Positions 20,106 through 30,451 of a stretch of DNA of 64,000 nucleotides are shown in pieces (positions within the stretch are counted from its first letter, which is position 1; every line of letters starts with the position of its first letter). Source of the DNA: a virus (Duplodnaviria > Caudoviricetes); the IMG/VR virus record IMGVR_UViG_3300027971_000001; one strand, written 5' to 3'. Under the pieces are notes generated by a model. That model saw only the letters and a program-made list of their open reading frames with translations. It was not told the origin of the DNA and made no database searches. The position numbers were made by a program, and so were the translations under genes.

Positions 20106-21074
20106 TCAACACATTTTCAATCGGGCTTTTGGTCCATTGAATGTATTTTTTAATATAAAGTCTGTTTCAATACCGTTGATTTTCTTATCCAGACACATTT
20201 CGTTAAGATCCTTATAATCTAAATCTTTCGGCCAAACAAAAACTTTTTGATTTATTTCAATTAATTGTTTCATTTTCTTGCGAGCAGTTTCATCTTTGTT
20301 TTGATTGTCCAAAACCCATATTTTGGTATGCAAAGGAAAGTTGTTCAATTGTGATTCTTGTTTATCTGTAAGACTGCTTCGGGATTTATTAATGCCAGAT
20401 ACTGCTACTCCATTTCGGCAAAAGCATGAATCGATTGGTCCTTCAAATATGAAAATGTATGGATAGTCGGTTATTTTATCTGCATTAAAAAGACTTCTAT
20501 CCCCACCGGATTTTGAAAGATAATTGGGCAATTCAGATTCATCGGAAGGAAGTTTACGACTTTGATAGTAAACAATCTTTCCGTCTAAATCGTAAAAAGG
20601 AATAATCAACCGATTTTTATGGATATAATCTACTGAAGAAAACCAAAAACTTTTAGGTCTGTTTACTGCTGAATGCAATCGACGGCTGCAAACATAACTC
20701 ACACACTCTTTAAAATACCGATTTTTCATGTTCTTAAAAACCTGAGTTGTATCGAAAATATTAATAGAGTCTTTTGGTAAGATTTCTGGTTCAATCACCT
20801 TTTCCTCTTCTTGCTGTTTGATTCGATCATTTATGAAGTTTTTTTCATTCATTGGCTTGCCTGTCAGATCATAATATAATTTGTATAATTTTGCGCTATA
20901 TCCGCAATTGAAACAATAACAGCTATTTGTTTTTGTATAAAAATAAAACCGTTTGCGTTTAAGCCAAGAATCACCTTCCCGGCATATGGGACAGCATGCC
21001 GTATAAGTTTGATTGTATTTGCTGTAACTTAATTTTGATAAATGACCACTAAGAAAACTATGCACATCAATCAT
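20106..21074 (-). CDS. gp61: DNA primase (T4 gp61-like)
   Basis: Zn finger CPIC...CFNC, RLIIPF, YQSR and TOPRIM FEGPIDS...VLDN...DLNEM. Confidence 0.9.
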   Translation of the reverse strand: MIDVHSFLSGHLSKLSYSKYNQTYTACCPICREGDSWLKRKRFYFYTKTNSCYCFNCGYSAKLYKLYYDLTGKPMNEKNFINDRIKQQEEEKVIEPEILPKDSINIFDTTQVFKNMKNRYFKECVSYVCSRRLHSAVNRPKSFWFSSVDYIHKNRLIIPFYDLDGKIVYYQSRKLPSDESELPNYLSKSGGDRSLFNADKITDYPYIFIFEGPIDSCFCRNGVAVSGINKSRSSLTDKQESQLNNFPLHTKIWVLDNQNKDETARKKMKQLIEINQKVFVWPKDLDYKDLNEMCLDKKINGIETDFILKNTFNGPKARLKMC

Positions 21075-21132
21075 TCGTTGTATTTTAACATTATTATTGA
21101 AATATCAAATCTTATGTTTAAATAAACGCATT

Positions 21133-22647
21133 ATGGATCGGGACAAGTATTTTGACATGGGAATGCAGTTCATGGGACATGGAGTTTTTGATAAAGCCAT
21201 AAAATATTTTGAAAAATGTTATGATTTATATGAAACAAAAGAACATAAAGCTCTTTGTTTGAATGCTCTTGGCAACGCTTTAGAAAAAGATGAACAAACC
21301 AAAAAAGCAGAGGAAACATATAAAAAAGCTATTGAAATGGATCCCGATCAAAAATTATTTTATAATAATCTTTTCAATCTGCACAAATTTCAACGCAAAA
21401 ACAAAGAAGCAATAGAGATCTTTACCAAACATTTGTACAATCCACAGGACCCAAATCAAAAAATCATGTTGGCAGAGCTTTACACCAATGTGGCAAAGTA
21501 TGAAGAAGCATATGATGCTTATCTGAACCTTATCAAACAATTCCCCCAAGAAGTTTCTTTTTATTGGAAAATTGCACTCAGTTGCAACAGCATGGGAAGG
21601 AATGATGAAGCTGTTATGTGGGTGAATAGGGGAAAACAAATAGATCCGGAAAATCATCATTGTAACATCGCTTTGGGTATTGCTCAATTGTTCAATAAAC
21701 AAATAATCCCCGCTAAAAAGACGTTTGAGAATTTGAAAGTGGATCTTTATAGCAAAAAATGGTATCTGGCATATCTAACATTTCTTAAAAAAGATTATAC
21801 AGAAGCATGGAAAAATTATGAAGTAAGAAATGAAGGAGTATGGGCAGTAAAACCTTTAAGGGAAAAGCCTATGTGGGACGGTACTCCCATGCCAGACAAA
21901 ACCATATTGGTGGCAGCTGAACAAGGGTTAGGAGACAATGTAATGGCAGCTCGATGGTTACAATTGCTTAAAAAACATTTTAAACACGTGAAATATTGGT
22001 GTAATCCCCGAATTTATGATGTAATGCTTCACTTGAAAGAAAAAACAGAAATTATTCAAAGTGCCAGTGATGCCACAAATTTTGATGTATGGATGCCCAT
22101 CATGAGCATTCCTCAACGGCTAGGTCTTACCAATGATGATATGCTTTTAGATGATCCGTATTTGATTGTGGAACCTAAAAAACTGGAAGGGTCCAAGAAA
22201 AAAATTGGAATATGTTGGGCAGGAAGTAATAACCATCAATATAACCGATATCGCACAATATTTGAAAAAGACTATGATTTGCTTCGCAATCTTATTAAAA
22301 AGAATGATAAGTTTGAATGGTATTCATTGATTAAGGATGAATATGAAGATGACAACGAAAAGTTGGGTATAACCAATCCTGTTAAAGATTTTAAAAATGT
22401 TTATGAAACAGCCCAATTTATAAAGGGATTGGATCTGGTCATAAGCATAGATACCTTACAGGCACATTTAGCTGGTGCAATGAAAGTACCCACTGTTCTT
22501 ATGCTTCCTTGGTTTCCTGAATGGCGTTGGGGTTTAGAAGGCGATACCACAGTTTGGTATCCTAGTGTGGAAATTATACGTCAAAATAAAGCTTTTGATT
22601 GGAAAAGCGTGATTGATCGTGTGGATGAAAGGTTGCAAAAACTATGA
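21133..22647 (+). CDS. TPR-repeat glycosyltransferase family 9-like protein
   Basis: N-terminal TPRs; EQGLGD, IGICWAGS, LDLVISIDT..AHLAGA, WRW...WYPS. Start refined to ATG 21133, 8 nt after TAAATA. Confidence 0.8.
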   Translation: MDRDKYFDMGMQFMGHGVFDKAIKYFEKCYDLYETKEHKALCLNALGNALEKDEQTKKAEETYKKAIEMDPDQKLFYNNLFNLHKFQRKNKEAIEIFTKHLYNPQDPNQKIMLAELYTNVAKYEEAYDAYLNLIKQFPQEVSFYWKIALSCNSMGRNDEAVMWVNRGKQIDPENHHCNIALGIAQLFNKQIIPAKKTFENLKVDLYSKKWYLAYLTFLKKDYTEAWKNYEVRNEGVWAVKPLREKPMWDGTPMPDKTILVAAEQGLGDNVMAARWLQLLKKHFKHVKYWCNPRIYDVMLHLKEKTEIIQSASDATNFDVWMPIMSIPQRLGLTNDDMLLDDPYLIVEPKKLEGSKKKIGICWAGSNNHQYNRYRTIFEKDYDLLRNLIKKNDKFEWYSLIKDEYEDDNEKLGITNPVKDFKNVYETAQFIKGLDLVISIDTLQAHLAGAMKVPTVLMLPWFPEWRWGLEGDTTVWYPSVEIIRQNKAFDWKSVIDRVDERLQKL

Positions 22648-23321
22648 AAACTGGTGCTGTGGTAGTTGAATATAAAAATCCTGAACAAACAAAAAAATGT
22701 AAGGATCATCTGAAAGATGTTGAAGTTTATTATCACGATAATACTAAACATAATTTGGGATTCACAAAAGCATACAATATGGGAGTTTCGTATCTTCGAA
22801 ACAAATATGAATATGTTTTATTGGTTAATAGTGATTGTTATATTCATCCGGGGTTTTTCCGCAATATTGAAATTTTCATGGATACTCATCCAAAGTGTGG
22901 AATCGTAGGGGTTAAACAAATTGCTTCAGATGGTGAAATGATAATCCATGGAGGTTGTACTCAAGCTTATCCATACGGCCAACATATAAGCGGAAAAGTG
23001 TCTTTGGGCATGTGCAATGAAAGCATGATGGTTCCATGGGTAAATGGTGCATGTTTTGTGGTCCGCAGCAAAATGATTGATGAAATAGGTCTGATGGATG
23101 AAAACATGTTTCTCATAGGTTCTGATAGTGATTGGTGTTTCACAGCAAGATCAAGAGGTTGGGAAGTGTGGTATTGTGCTGAAGCAAGCTGCACTCATGA
23201 TGGCGGTGCCAGCATGAAACCAGGAAATGAAGAAACACAAGATATTATGTTTTTGGATATGAAATATTGGGAAACTAAATGGGTTACCGGAGGATTGTAT
23301 AAAAATTTATGCGCATCCTGA
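22644..23321 (+). CDS. Glycosyltransferase family 2
   Basis: NLGFTKAYN, LLVNSD, WVNGACF, GLMDE...SDSDWC. Confidence 0.85.
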   Translation: MKTGAVVVEYKNPEQTKKCKDHLKDVEVYYHDNTKHNLGFTKAYNMGVSYLRNKYEYVLLVNSDCYIHPGFFRNIEIFMDTHPKCGIVGVKQIASDGEMIIHGGCTQAYPYGQHISGKVSLGMCNESMMVPWVNGACFVVRSKMIDEIGLMDENMFLIGSDSDWCFTARSRGWEVWYCAEASCTHDGGASMKPGNEETQDIMFLDMKYWETKWVTGGLYKNLCAS

Positions 23322-24709
23322 TGTTTAATCACCATCAAGATTGTCTTCTGTATCTATGGAAGGCATTCCGTGAGCTTGGTATTCAAGTTGATGTGGCCAG
23401 TGAAGAATTGGTCAAATATCTTGGATTTCCTCCAGGAGGTATAAGAAAAAACAAATTTGTTATTGCGAATATATCATTCGATCCGGAAATTGTTTATCCT
23501 GATTTTAAAAATATAAATTTTAGCAATGATTGGAATGGATATGACAAATATGTATCCATCATTCCTAACGATCTTTTTGCTGAAAAGACATGGTGGGATT
23601 GTCAAATGCAAAATGAATTGAAAGCATTTGGTCATTTGGATGTTCTGAAAACATGTAATCATCCAAATGCTGAAACTTTCGGATTTCAATTTTGCCCTAA
23701 TTGGGTGCCACATCAGACTGAACATAAAGAAAAGAAATATATAACACAAATAGTGTCACTTCCTGCTCTTGTTGAAGAAACGGGTGAACTCATGTATTTG
23801 AAGCATCACGGTTATGATGTAAAAATAGTGGGATCTCAGTTAGCTCCAGATGGTTTTTACAGGGATATTGATTTGCTTCCTTATACATCTCTTCTTGTTC
23901 ACAATAAAAAGGTAGGAATCAATTGTTATGCTGTATGCAAAGCATTGGATACTGGCATTCCTGTATATATGGAACGAAGCACCAAGGAACTTATAGGATT
24001 TGGTGATCTTCCAGATGAACTTTTCTTTTTCAAAGATGAAATGAGCATAGCTGAAGCTTTTGAAAAAAGTAAAGATATTGATAATAAAAAAATCCAGGAA
24101 ACTTATCGAAGCATCTATACATTGGAAAGAACAGTGAACGCAGTTAAAAATATTTTACAAACAAATTTAAAAATGCCGGAAACCATAAATGAATATCATT
24201 TAAAAAATTGCAAAACTCCGAGTGATATAAATGAACATCTGCAAATATTAGAAACTTATGCAAAAAAGTGTGATACCATTTGTGAAATGGGTGTTAGAAA
24301 AGGCATTTCAACATGGTCATTTTTGAATGCTCGGCCCAAAAAATTGGTTTCATATGATATTGAATATTCTCAGGATCTTGAAAAACATAAACAATATGCA
24401 AAAAATGAAGGTTTGAATTATGAATATATCATTCAAGATGTTCTTAAAACACAGATTGATGAATACGATTTTCTATTCATAGACACATGGCATACATATT
24501 CTCAACTTAAACAGGAACTGGAATTGCATGCAAATAAAGCCAAAAAATATCTGGGATTTCATGATGTATTCTCATTTGGTCAAAGGGGAGAAGATAATCA
24601 AGATTTAGGACTAATTCCTGCTATTATGGAATTTTTAAAAGACAACTCTCAATGGAAAATAAGTTATTATACACCTAAAAATAATGGCTTGCTTATATTA
24701 GAAAAATGA
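23309..24709 (+). CDS. Fusion of a putative glycosyltransferase and a class I SAM methyltransferase
   Basis: C-terminal EMGVRKGIST...FLFIDTWH...GFHD methyltransferase motifs; the N-terminal half is GT-B-like (weak). Confidence 0.65.
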   Translation: MRILMFNHHQDCLLYLWKAFRELGIQVDVASEELVKYLGFPPGGIRKNKFVIANISFDPEIVYPDFKNINFSNDWNGYDKYVSIIPNDLFAEKTWWDCQMQNELKAFGHLDVLKTCNHPNAETFGFQFCPNWVPHQTEHKEKKYITQIVSLPALVEETGELMYLKHHGYDVKIVGSQLAPDGFYRDIDLLPYTSLLVHNKKVGINCYAVCKALDTGIPVYMERSTKELIGFGDLPDELFFFKDEMSIAEAFEKSKDIDNKKIQETYRSIYTLERTVNAVKNILQTNLKMPETINEYHLKNCKTPSDINEHLQILETYAKKCDTICEMGVRKGISTWSFLNARPKKLVSYDIEYSQDLEKHKQYAKNEGLNYEYIIQDVLKTQIDEYDFLFIDTWHTYSQLKQELELHANKAKKYLGFHDVFSFGQRGEDNQDLGLIPAIMEFLKDNSQWKISYYTPKNNGLLILEK

Positions 24710-26175
24710 AAATTTACGATTTATTCACTTTTAATAATGAACTAGACCTGCTGGAAATCAGGTTAAATGAACTGAACGATGTTGTTGAGAGATTTGTTAT
24801 TTGTGAAAGCACAGTCACTCATAGCAATCAACCCAAACCTCTTTATTTTTCAAATAACCGGGAAAGATTCAGAAAATTTTTACACAAAATAGATTTGGTT
24901 ATTTTTGATAATGTAAAAAAGACTGATAGCTGGAGCATTGAAAATGATCATCGTAGGGCTTTGAGTGAGAAAATACCGTTTAATTTGAATGATGAGGATA
25001 TTCTTTTGCTTTCTGATTTAGATGAAATACCCAGCAAAAACATACTAGAACAATTAAAAACAAGGAATGAAAGTCAATTTCCTGTGACTCTTTGTTATAG
25101 CATGTATAGCGGGTCTTTTCATAATCGTGTCATTAGTCCGGAAAATCAGCTGCATAACGACAGCACAGTTGCAATAAAATACAGTCAATACAAAACAAAC
25201 AACGATCTGCAACATTACAGAAACATTCGATCACAAAGTCTTCCGCGCATATATGATGCAGGCTGGCATTTTACCAGTATGGGTGGACCCAAAAATGTTT
25301 TGAAAAAAATACAAAGTTTTGCTCATAATGAATATCGTGATTCTGGAATAGTTTTCACAGATGATGAAATCCAAGAAAACATAAAACAAGGCAAAGATAT
25401 ATTTGGACGGATGGGATACGTTATAGAAAAAGTTGAATTAAATGACACTTTTCCCAAATATGTATTGGAAAACAAGGATAAATTCAAAAACCTTATTGAA
25501 GGAAATGATGTCAAGGTTTCGTTGGAAACCAAACATTCATATTATCTTTTACAACACATGTTATATAGCATAAAAAATGCCGATTATCAAAGTTCCAAAA
25601 TAGATGGTCAATATATTGATCTTAAAGTCGAAGGTATGACCTGTTCTGCAACAAAACATCTGGCTAATAATCTTGCAAGTTTATATAAATGCAATTATCT
25701 GGAGGTTGGTGTTTATAAAGGTGCAACGTTTATTGCGGGATTATGGAAGAATACTCCAAATCTTTATGTGGGCGTGGACAATTGGAGTGAATATGGTGGT
25801 CAGGATGAGTTTCTGCAAAAATTAAAAAATGCAAACAAACCTAAGCCATCAGGAAGTCGTCGTATTGTTTTTGATCAAGACAGTTTTTCAGAAGGAATAT
25901 TGGACCATTTAAATGAAAAATTTGATGTGTATTTTTATGATGGTTGCCATTCAAGAGAAGCGCAAAAACTTGCTCTTACACATTATAAGAAATACATGAA
26001 AGAATATTTTATATATTATTGTGATGATTACTCTAACAGCATGGACGTGGTGTTTGGTACCATGGAAGGAATAGCTGAATCAGGTTTTGAGATAATTTAT
26101 GACAAAATTTTATTGCCACGAAGCAAAGATGCTTGGCGGAATGGAATTTATGTTGCTTTGCTTAAGAACAATTAA
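24706..26175 (+). CDS. Fusion of a GT17-like N-acetylglucosaminyltransferase and a SAM methyltransferase
   Basis: FNNELDLLEIRL, SDLDEIP and GWHFTS (GT17), then LEVGVYKG...FYDGCH...DD. Confidence 0.8.
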   Translation: MKIYDLFTFNNELDLLEIRLNELNDVVERFVICESTVTHSNQPKPLYFSNNRERFRKFLHKIDLVIFDNVKKTDSWSIENDHRRALSEKIPFNLNDEDILLLSDLDEIPSKNILEQLKTRNESQFPVTLCYSMYSGSFHNRVISPENQLHNDSTVAIKYSQYKTNNDLQHYRNIRSQSLPRIYDAGWHFTSMGGPKNVLKKIQSFAHNEYRDSGIVFTDDEIQENIKQGKDIFGRMGYVIEKVELNDTFPKYVLENKDKFKNLIEGNDVKVSLETKHSYYLLQHMLYSIKNADYQSSKIDGQYIDLKVEGMTCSATKHLANNLASLYKCNYLEVGVYKGATFIAGLWKNTPNLYVGVDNWSEYGGQDEFLQKLKNANKPKPSGSRRIVFDQDSFSEGILDHLNEKFDVYFYDGCHSREAQKLALTHYKKYMKEYFIYYCDDYSNSMDVVFGTMEGIAESGFEIIYDKILLPRSKDAWRNGIYVALLKNN

Positions 26176-26546
26176 GATGGCTTTACCGGCCAAACGATAA
26201 GACGAGGATCACTGGCATATGTCTGGGGAATGTCGCGTAATGTTTGACGATATGAAACCCATTGAGTGTTGTCTGGAAGGGAAACATCACGCAACTGGGA
26301 CCAATCGCTATCCACAAGAAGACCATTCCGTTTGATAATTACATCATTCCAATAAGCAGCAAGACGATCTGGAACTTGGGTAAGCTGAAGAACTTGAGCT
26401 TTACCTTCTGCAACCTGCTGATTGACATATTGTTCCCATGTTTGATTACCTCCACCAAAAGGATTATAAGGTTGATCTTTAGCCATACGGCATATCACCA
26501 CATCACCTGTTTCATAATAACTGCCGTAATCAATATAGGTTGTCAT
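26172..26546 (-). CDS. Phage tail assembly chaperone
   Basis: KRNGLLVDSDWSQLRD...WVSYRQTLRDIP...WP. Confidence 0.8.
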   Translation of the reverse strand: MTTYIDYGSYYETGDVVICRMAKDQPYNPFGGGNQTWEQYVNQQVAEGKAQVLQLTQVPDRLAAYWNDVIIKRNGLLVDSDWSQLRDVSLPDNTQWVSYRQTLRDIPQTYASDPRLIVWPVKPS

Positions 26547-26562
26547 ATAATATATTTATTCT

Positions 26563-27840
26563 TTATGCGTTGTTCAAAAGAGGACTAGTGCAAAGATTTA
26601 TGTTAAAATTATTGTTAAATCCGGGGTTCATGACCAAACCACTTCCTGCGTTAAGGGGTATAAAATATACTTTTCCATTAGGATGATTTATATAAAATCC
26701 ATATGGTGAAGAACCCCCCACACTAGGAACCCTTAACGTTGTTATTGATAAATCATCTGGATCGATCCAAGCAATCAATGTTTGAGAACCAGATGATGTG
26801 AAAATTTTTCCATTAGCTAATTTTGTTGGATGTTGGCAACCATTCAATCCTCCAGTTGAATAAGTGCTTATTGCATAATTATTATCGGGATCAACGACAC
26901 CTAATACATTTCCAATAACTGGAACAAATATTATTTTACCATTTTGTGCTTGTTCATATAAGGATGAACCAGCAAGTATTGACGTGTCGCTTATTCCATA
27001 ACTGCTGACACTATCATCAGAAGGATCAACAACCCGCATCAAAGTTATTCCGTATCCTGGAATAGGAGAGCTAAATACTCTTCCATTTCGTAATGTAATT
27101 GCTCGAGCATATCCTCCTGTTGATGGCAATGAAATGCTACTGATTGTGTCATTCGCGGGATTTATAACAAATATAAAATTATTAATATTTGTAGGGAAAC
27201 AATATATTTTTCCGCTTGAACCTAATGCACCTCCTGCACATTTGTCGGATCCTACAGGTCCTATTATGCTTGAGACTGTATTATTACTTGGATCCAATAT
27301 TGCTACAGCTGTATTACCATCAGGAATACAATATATTTTACCGTTAGGTGCCAACACACTTCCTTGATATTTCCCATTAGCATTTGCTTGAATAGGTCCA
27401 AACGTACCTATGGTATTATCTGAAGGATTTATAACATAACCAACTGTAGCCGTATAAGGTGCAAGATATATTTTTCCATTCGGTGCAATTGTTCCACCAG
27501 TAAATGCACTCGTTCCTGGGAAACTTCCAGAACCATAAATTTCAAATGTTGCGGCACTAATAGAAATATTTTTATTGCTTAATTGCAAACCTTTAATGTG
27601 TGAACTTATGCTTGAAAAATTGGTATATGATGCACCATTTGTCCAACCCGGAACTTGCATGTGTAAAAACTGATTAATCTGTTCAGCATTTCCTGTTCCG
27701 CTGCTGGTACGACCCAGAAACTGACTGTCCTGTAATTGCTGAATCTTATCGGTTGTGACGCTATTATTCGCCAATTTGACGGTGGGTACACCTAAATTGC
27801 GTCTCATCTTGGCAGCGGAAAGTGCGGGGGTTATTGGCAT
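26563..27840 (-). CDS. Beta-propeller repeat tail fibre/receptor-binding protein A
   Basis: About 41-43-aa repeats of APNGKIY...DP.....; C-terminal NNNFNINLC; own TAAATA promoter. Confidence 0.65.
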   Translation of the reverse strand: MPITPALSAAKMRRNLGVPTVKLANNSVTTDKIQQLQDSQFLGRTSSGTGNAEQINQFLHMQVPGWTNGASYTNFSSISSHIKGLQLSNKNISISAATFEIYGSGSFPGTSAFTGGTIAPNGKIYLAPYTATVGYVINPSDNTIGTFGPIQANANGKYQGSVLAPNGKIYCIPDGNTAVAILDPSNNTVSSIIGPVGSDKCAGGALGSSGKIYCFPTNINNFIFVINPANDTISSISLPSTGGYARAITLRNGRVFSSPIPGYGITLMRVVDPSDDSVSSYGISDTSILAGSSLYEQAQNGKIIFVPVIGNVLGVVDPDNNYAISTYSTGGLNGCQHPTKLANGKIFTSSGSQTLIAWIDPDDLSITTLRVPSVGGSSPYGFYINHPNGKVYFIPLNAGSGLVMNPGFNNNFNINLCTSPLLNNA

Positions 27841-27848
27841 AAAATTAT

Positions 27849-29147
27849 TTAACTTCTGTTATAGAAAGGACTAAGACAAAAATTTATATTAAAATTATTA
27901 TTTACTTGAGGAATCAATGCCAATGCTTGTGATGCATTATGAGGAATCAGATATATTTTTCCATTCGGAGCCTGTATACCTCCTATATAATCTGCATTTG
28001 TAGGTGTGGATCCTCCAGCAAATGATCCAAAAGTTAAAATTGTATTATTTGACGGATCAATTACAGAAGCTAATGTTGCGTAATAAGGTACACAGAGTAT
28101 TTTGCCATTAGACATTAAAGTTCCACCACCAAACTTAAGAGTACCGCCACTCGCTGAAAAATTTCCAAATGTTGTTATTGTGTTATTATTCGGATCTATT
28201 AAAGTGCATATTGTGGTAGCTGAAGGAATAGTATATATTTTTCCGTTAGGTGCCAATACAGCTGCTCCATAACTGTCTGCTAAGTTTATAAAAGTTCCAA
28301 AACTAGAAACTGTATTATTACTTGGATCAATAATATATACAACAGTTAAATTTCTAGGAATGCAATAAATTTTTCCATTAGGAGCCAAAACACCTGTTGC
28401 AAATTTATTTCCGGTAGCTGGTGCATTTCCAAATGTTGTTACACTATTGTTTGATGGATCAATATAAGCAAACACGGTTGCATCATAAGGAATCATATAT
28501 ATTTTTCCGTTGGGTGCAACGACACCTGTAGCATAATTATCTGATGCTGGCGCAGGAGGCAAAGTTCCAAAATTTGTTACAGTATTATTTGATGGATCTA
28601 TTACAACTGCAATACTATTTCTTCCAGGAGTAAAATATATTTTTCCGTTAGGAGCACATACACCACCACTATATTTATTTCCTCCTACAAATGCAGCAGG
28701 GAAAGAACCAAATGTAGTTGTTGTGTTATTATTTGGATTTATAATGACACAAACATTTCCATCATAAGGAGCACAATATATATTTCCATTAGGAGCCAAT
28801 ACACCACCATTAAGAGATTGAGTACCAGAAAAACTACCAAAATATTCAAAATAAACTGCAGTGGCTGGACTTGTATTTGTATTTATAACCTGATTAATAT
28901 ATGCACTCAAACTGCTCCATGCTGTTGTTGCATTATAAGGTGCGCTCAGAGGACTGGTCAGACTAATATCCGGATAGCTTTGTGTAGGGGTTACGTTTCC
29001 ATTTCCAGTTTGCAGATTATTCCGGCCTATAAATTCTCCTTGCCCTATTTGAAAAATTTTGTCGGTGCTAAAAGAATTATCCGCGAGTTTACGGGTTTCT
29101 ATTCCGTTATCTCGTGCCATTTTTGCCAGATCTGTTGCGTTGCTCAT
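27849..29147 (-). CDS. Beta-propeller repeat tail fibre/receptor-binding protein B
   Basis: Seven GVLAPNGKIY repeats; C-terminal NNNFNINFC. Confidence 0.65.
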   Translation of the reverse strand: MSNATDLAKMARDNGIETRKLADNSFSTDKIFQIGQGEFIGRNNLQTGNGNVTPTQSYPDISLTSPLSAPYNATTAWSSLSAYINQVINTNTSPATAVYFEYFGSFSGTQSLNGGVLAPNGNIYCAPYDGNVCVIINPNNNTTTTFGSFPAAFVGGNKYSGGVCAPNGKIYFTPGRNSIAVVIDPSNNTVTNFGTLPPAPASDNYATGVVAPNGKIYMIPYDATVFAYIDPSNNSVTTFGNAPATGNKFATGVLAPNGKIYCIPRNLTVVYIIDPSNNTVSSFGTFINLADSYGAAVLAPNGKIYTIPSATTICTLIDPNNNTITTFGNFSASGGTLKFGGGTLMSNGKILCVPYYATLASVIDPSNNTILTFGSFAGGSTPTNADYIGGIQAPNGKIYLIPHNASQALALIPQVNNNFNINFCLSPFYNRS

Positions 29148-29155
29148 GATTTTAT

Positions 29156-30400
29156 TTAATATTTGTTAAACATTGGATTAGTACAAACATTTATGTTGAA
29201 ATTATTGTTAAGAAGCAAGCATAATGCCCTACCCACTGTTGCACTGGATGGAATAAAATATATCTTTCCATTAGGATCCAACACACCTCCAACATAAGCA
29301 GCACTTCCTGGAAAACTACCATATGTGGTTACGGTATTATTCGATGGATCAACAAATCTACCCACTGTTGCATTGGTTGGAACAAAATATATTTTTCCAT
29401 TGGGAGCAAGTACGCCTCCTTCATGACCACCTCCTGGAAAACTTCCATATGTGGTTACGGTATTATTCGATGGATCAACAATAACACCCACTGTTGCACT
29501 GGTTGGAACAAAATATAGTTGTCCGTTAGGAGCCAACACACCTCCAACATAAGCAGCACTTCCTGGAAAACTACCATATGTGGTTACGGTATTATTCGAT
29601 GGATCAACAAATCTACCCACTGTTGCATTGTGTGGAACTAAATATATTTTTCCATTAGGAGCGAGTACTCCCCCTATATAAGCATCATTTCCTGGAAAAC
29701 TGCCATATGTGGTTACGGTATTATTCGATGGATCCACAAATCTACCCACTGTTGCAGCGCGTGGGAAAAAATATATTTTTCCATTTGGAGCAAGTGCACC
29801 TCCTTCATTAGAAAGAACCCCAGGAAAACTACCATATGTGGTTACAGTATTGTTAGCAGGATCAACAAATCTACCCACTGTTGCAACGCTTGAACAAAAA
29901 TATATATTTCCATTAGGAGCTAGTACACCTCCAACATAAGCACCACCTCCTGGAAAACTACCATATGTGGTTACGGTATTGTTATTCGGATCGATAATAG
30001 CACCTACTGTTGCAGTGCGTGGAACTAGATATATCTTGCCGTTTGGAGCTATCACACCTCCTTCATAAACACCACTCCCCGGAAAACTGCCATACTGTTC
30101 AACATAACTCGCATTCGCCGGAACCAGACTATTTGTTTCGGCCACACTGCTCAGATAATATTGCAATGTACTCCAGTTGGTTATGTGTGCTCCTGTGGTC
30201 CAATCCGGTACCTGCACATCATACCAAGGTTGTACTTGTTGTGAGTTGCCAGTGCCTGCTGACATATTACGACCCAAAAATCGGTCACTAGCTACTTGTT
30301 GTATCTTGCTGGTTGCAGCTACGTTAGATGATAAAAAATCACGGGTCACGCCCAGATCTCGGGCCATTTTTGCACCAGATAATGCAAGAGTAATAGGCAT
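29156..30400 (-). CDS. Beta-propeller repeat tail fibre/receptor-binding protein C
   Basis: Seven near-identical repeats GSFPG...GGVLAPNGKIYF.P..ATVGRFVDPSNNTVTTY. Confidence 0.7.
   Translation of the reverse strand: MPITLALSGAKMARDLGVTRDFLSSNVAATSKIQQVASDRFLGRNMSAGTGNSQQVQPWYDVQVPDWTTGAHITNWSTLQYYLSSVAETNSLVPANASYVEQYGSFPGSGVYEGGVIAPNGKIYLVPRTATVGAIIDPNNNTVTTYGSFPGGGAYVGGVLAPNGNIYFCSSVATVGRFVDPANNTVTTYGSFPGVLSNEGGALAPNGKIYFFPRAATVGRFVDPSNNTVTTYGSFPGNDAYIGGVLAPNGKIYLVPHNATVGRFVDPSNNTVTTYGSFPGSAAYVGGVLAPNGQLYFVPTSATVGVIVDPSNNTVTTYGSFPGGGHEGGVLAPNGKIYFVPTNATVGRFVDPSNNTVTTYGSFPGSAAYVGGVLDPNGKIYFIPSSATVGRALCLLLNNNFNINVCTNPMFNKY
29250..30100 (-). repeat. Tandem 126-129 bp coding repeats (7 units)
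   Basis: A 98-bp exact copy occurs at 29278-29375 and 29533-29630. Confidence 0.9.
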
Positions 30401-30451
30401 ATAATTTATTTATTCAAAACCCGCTTCAGAAACACTGAAGGATTTTTATAA

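Noticed and set aside
26563-30400. Diversity-generating retroelement acting on the propeller repeats
   Set aside because: No reverse transcriptase in the window, no non-coding template repeat, and differences between repeats are not adenine-specific.
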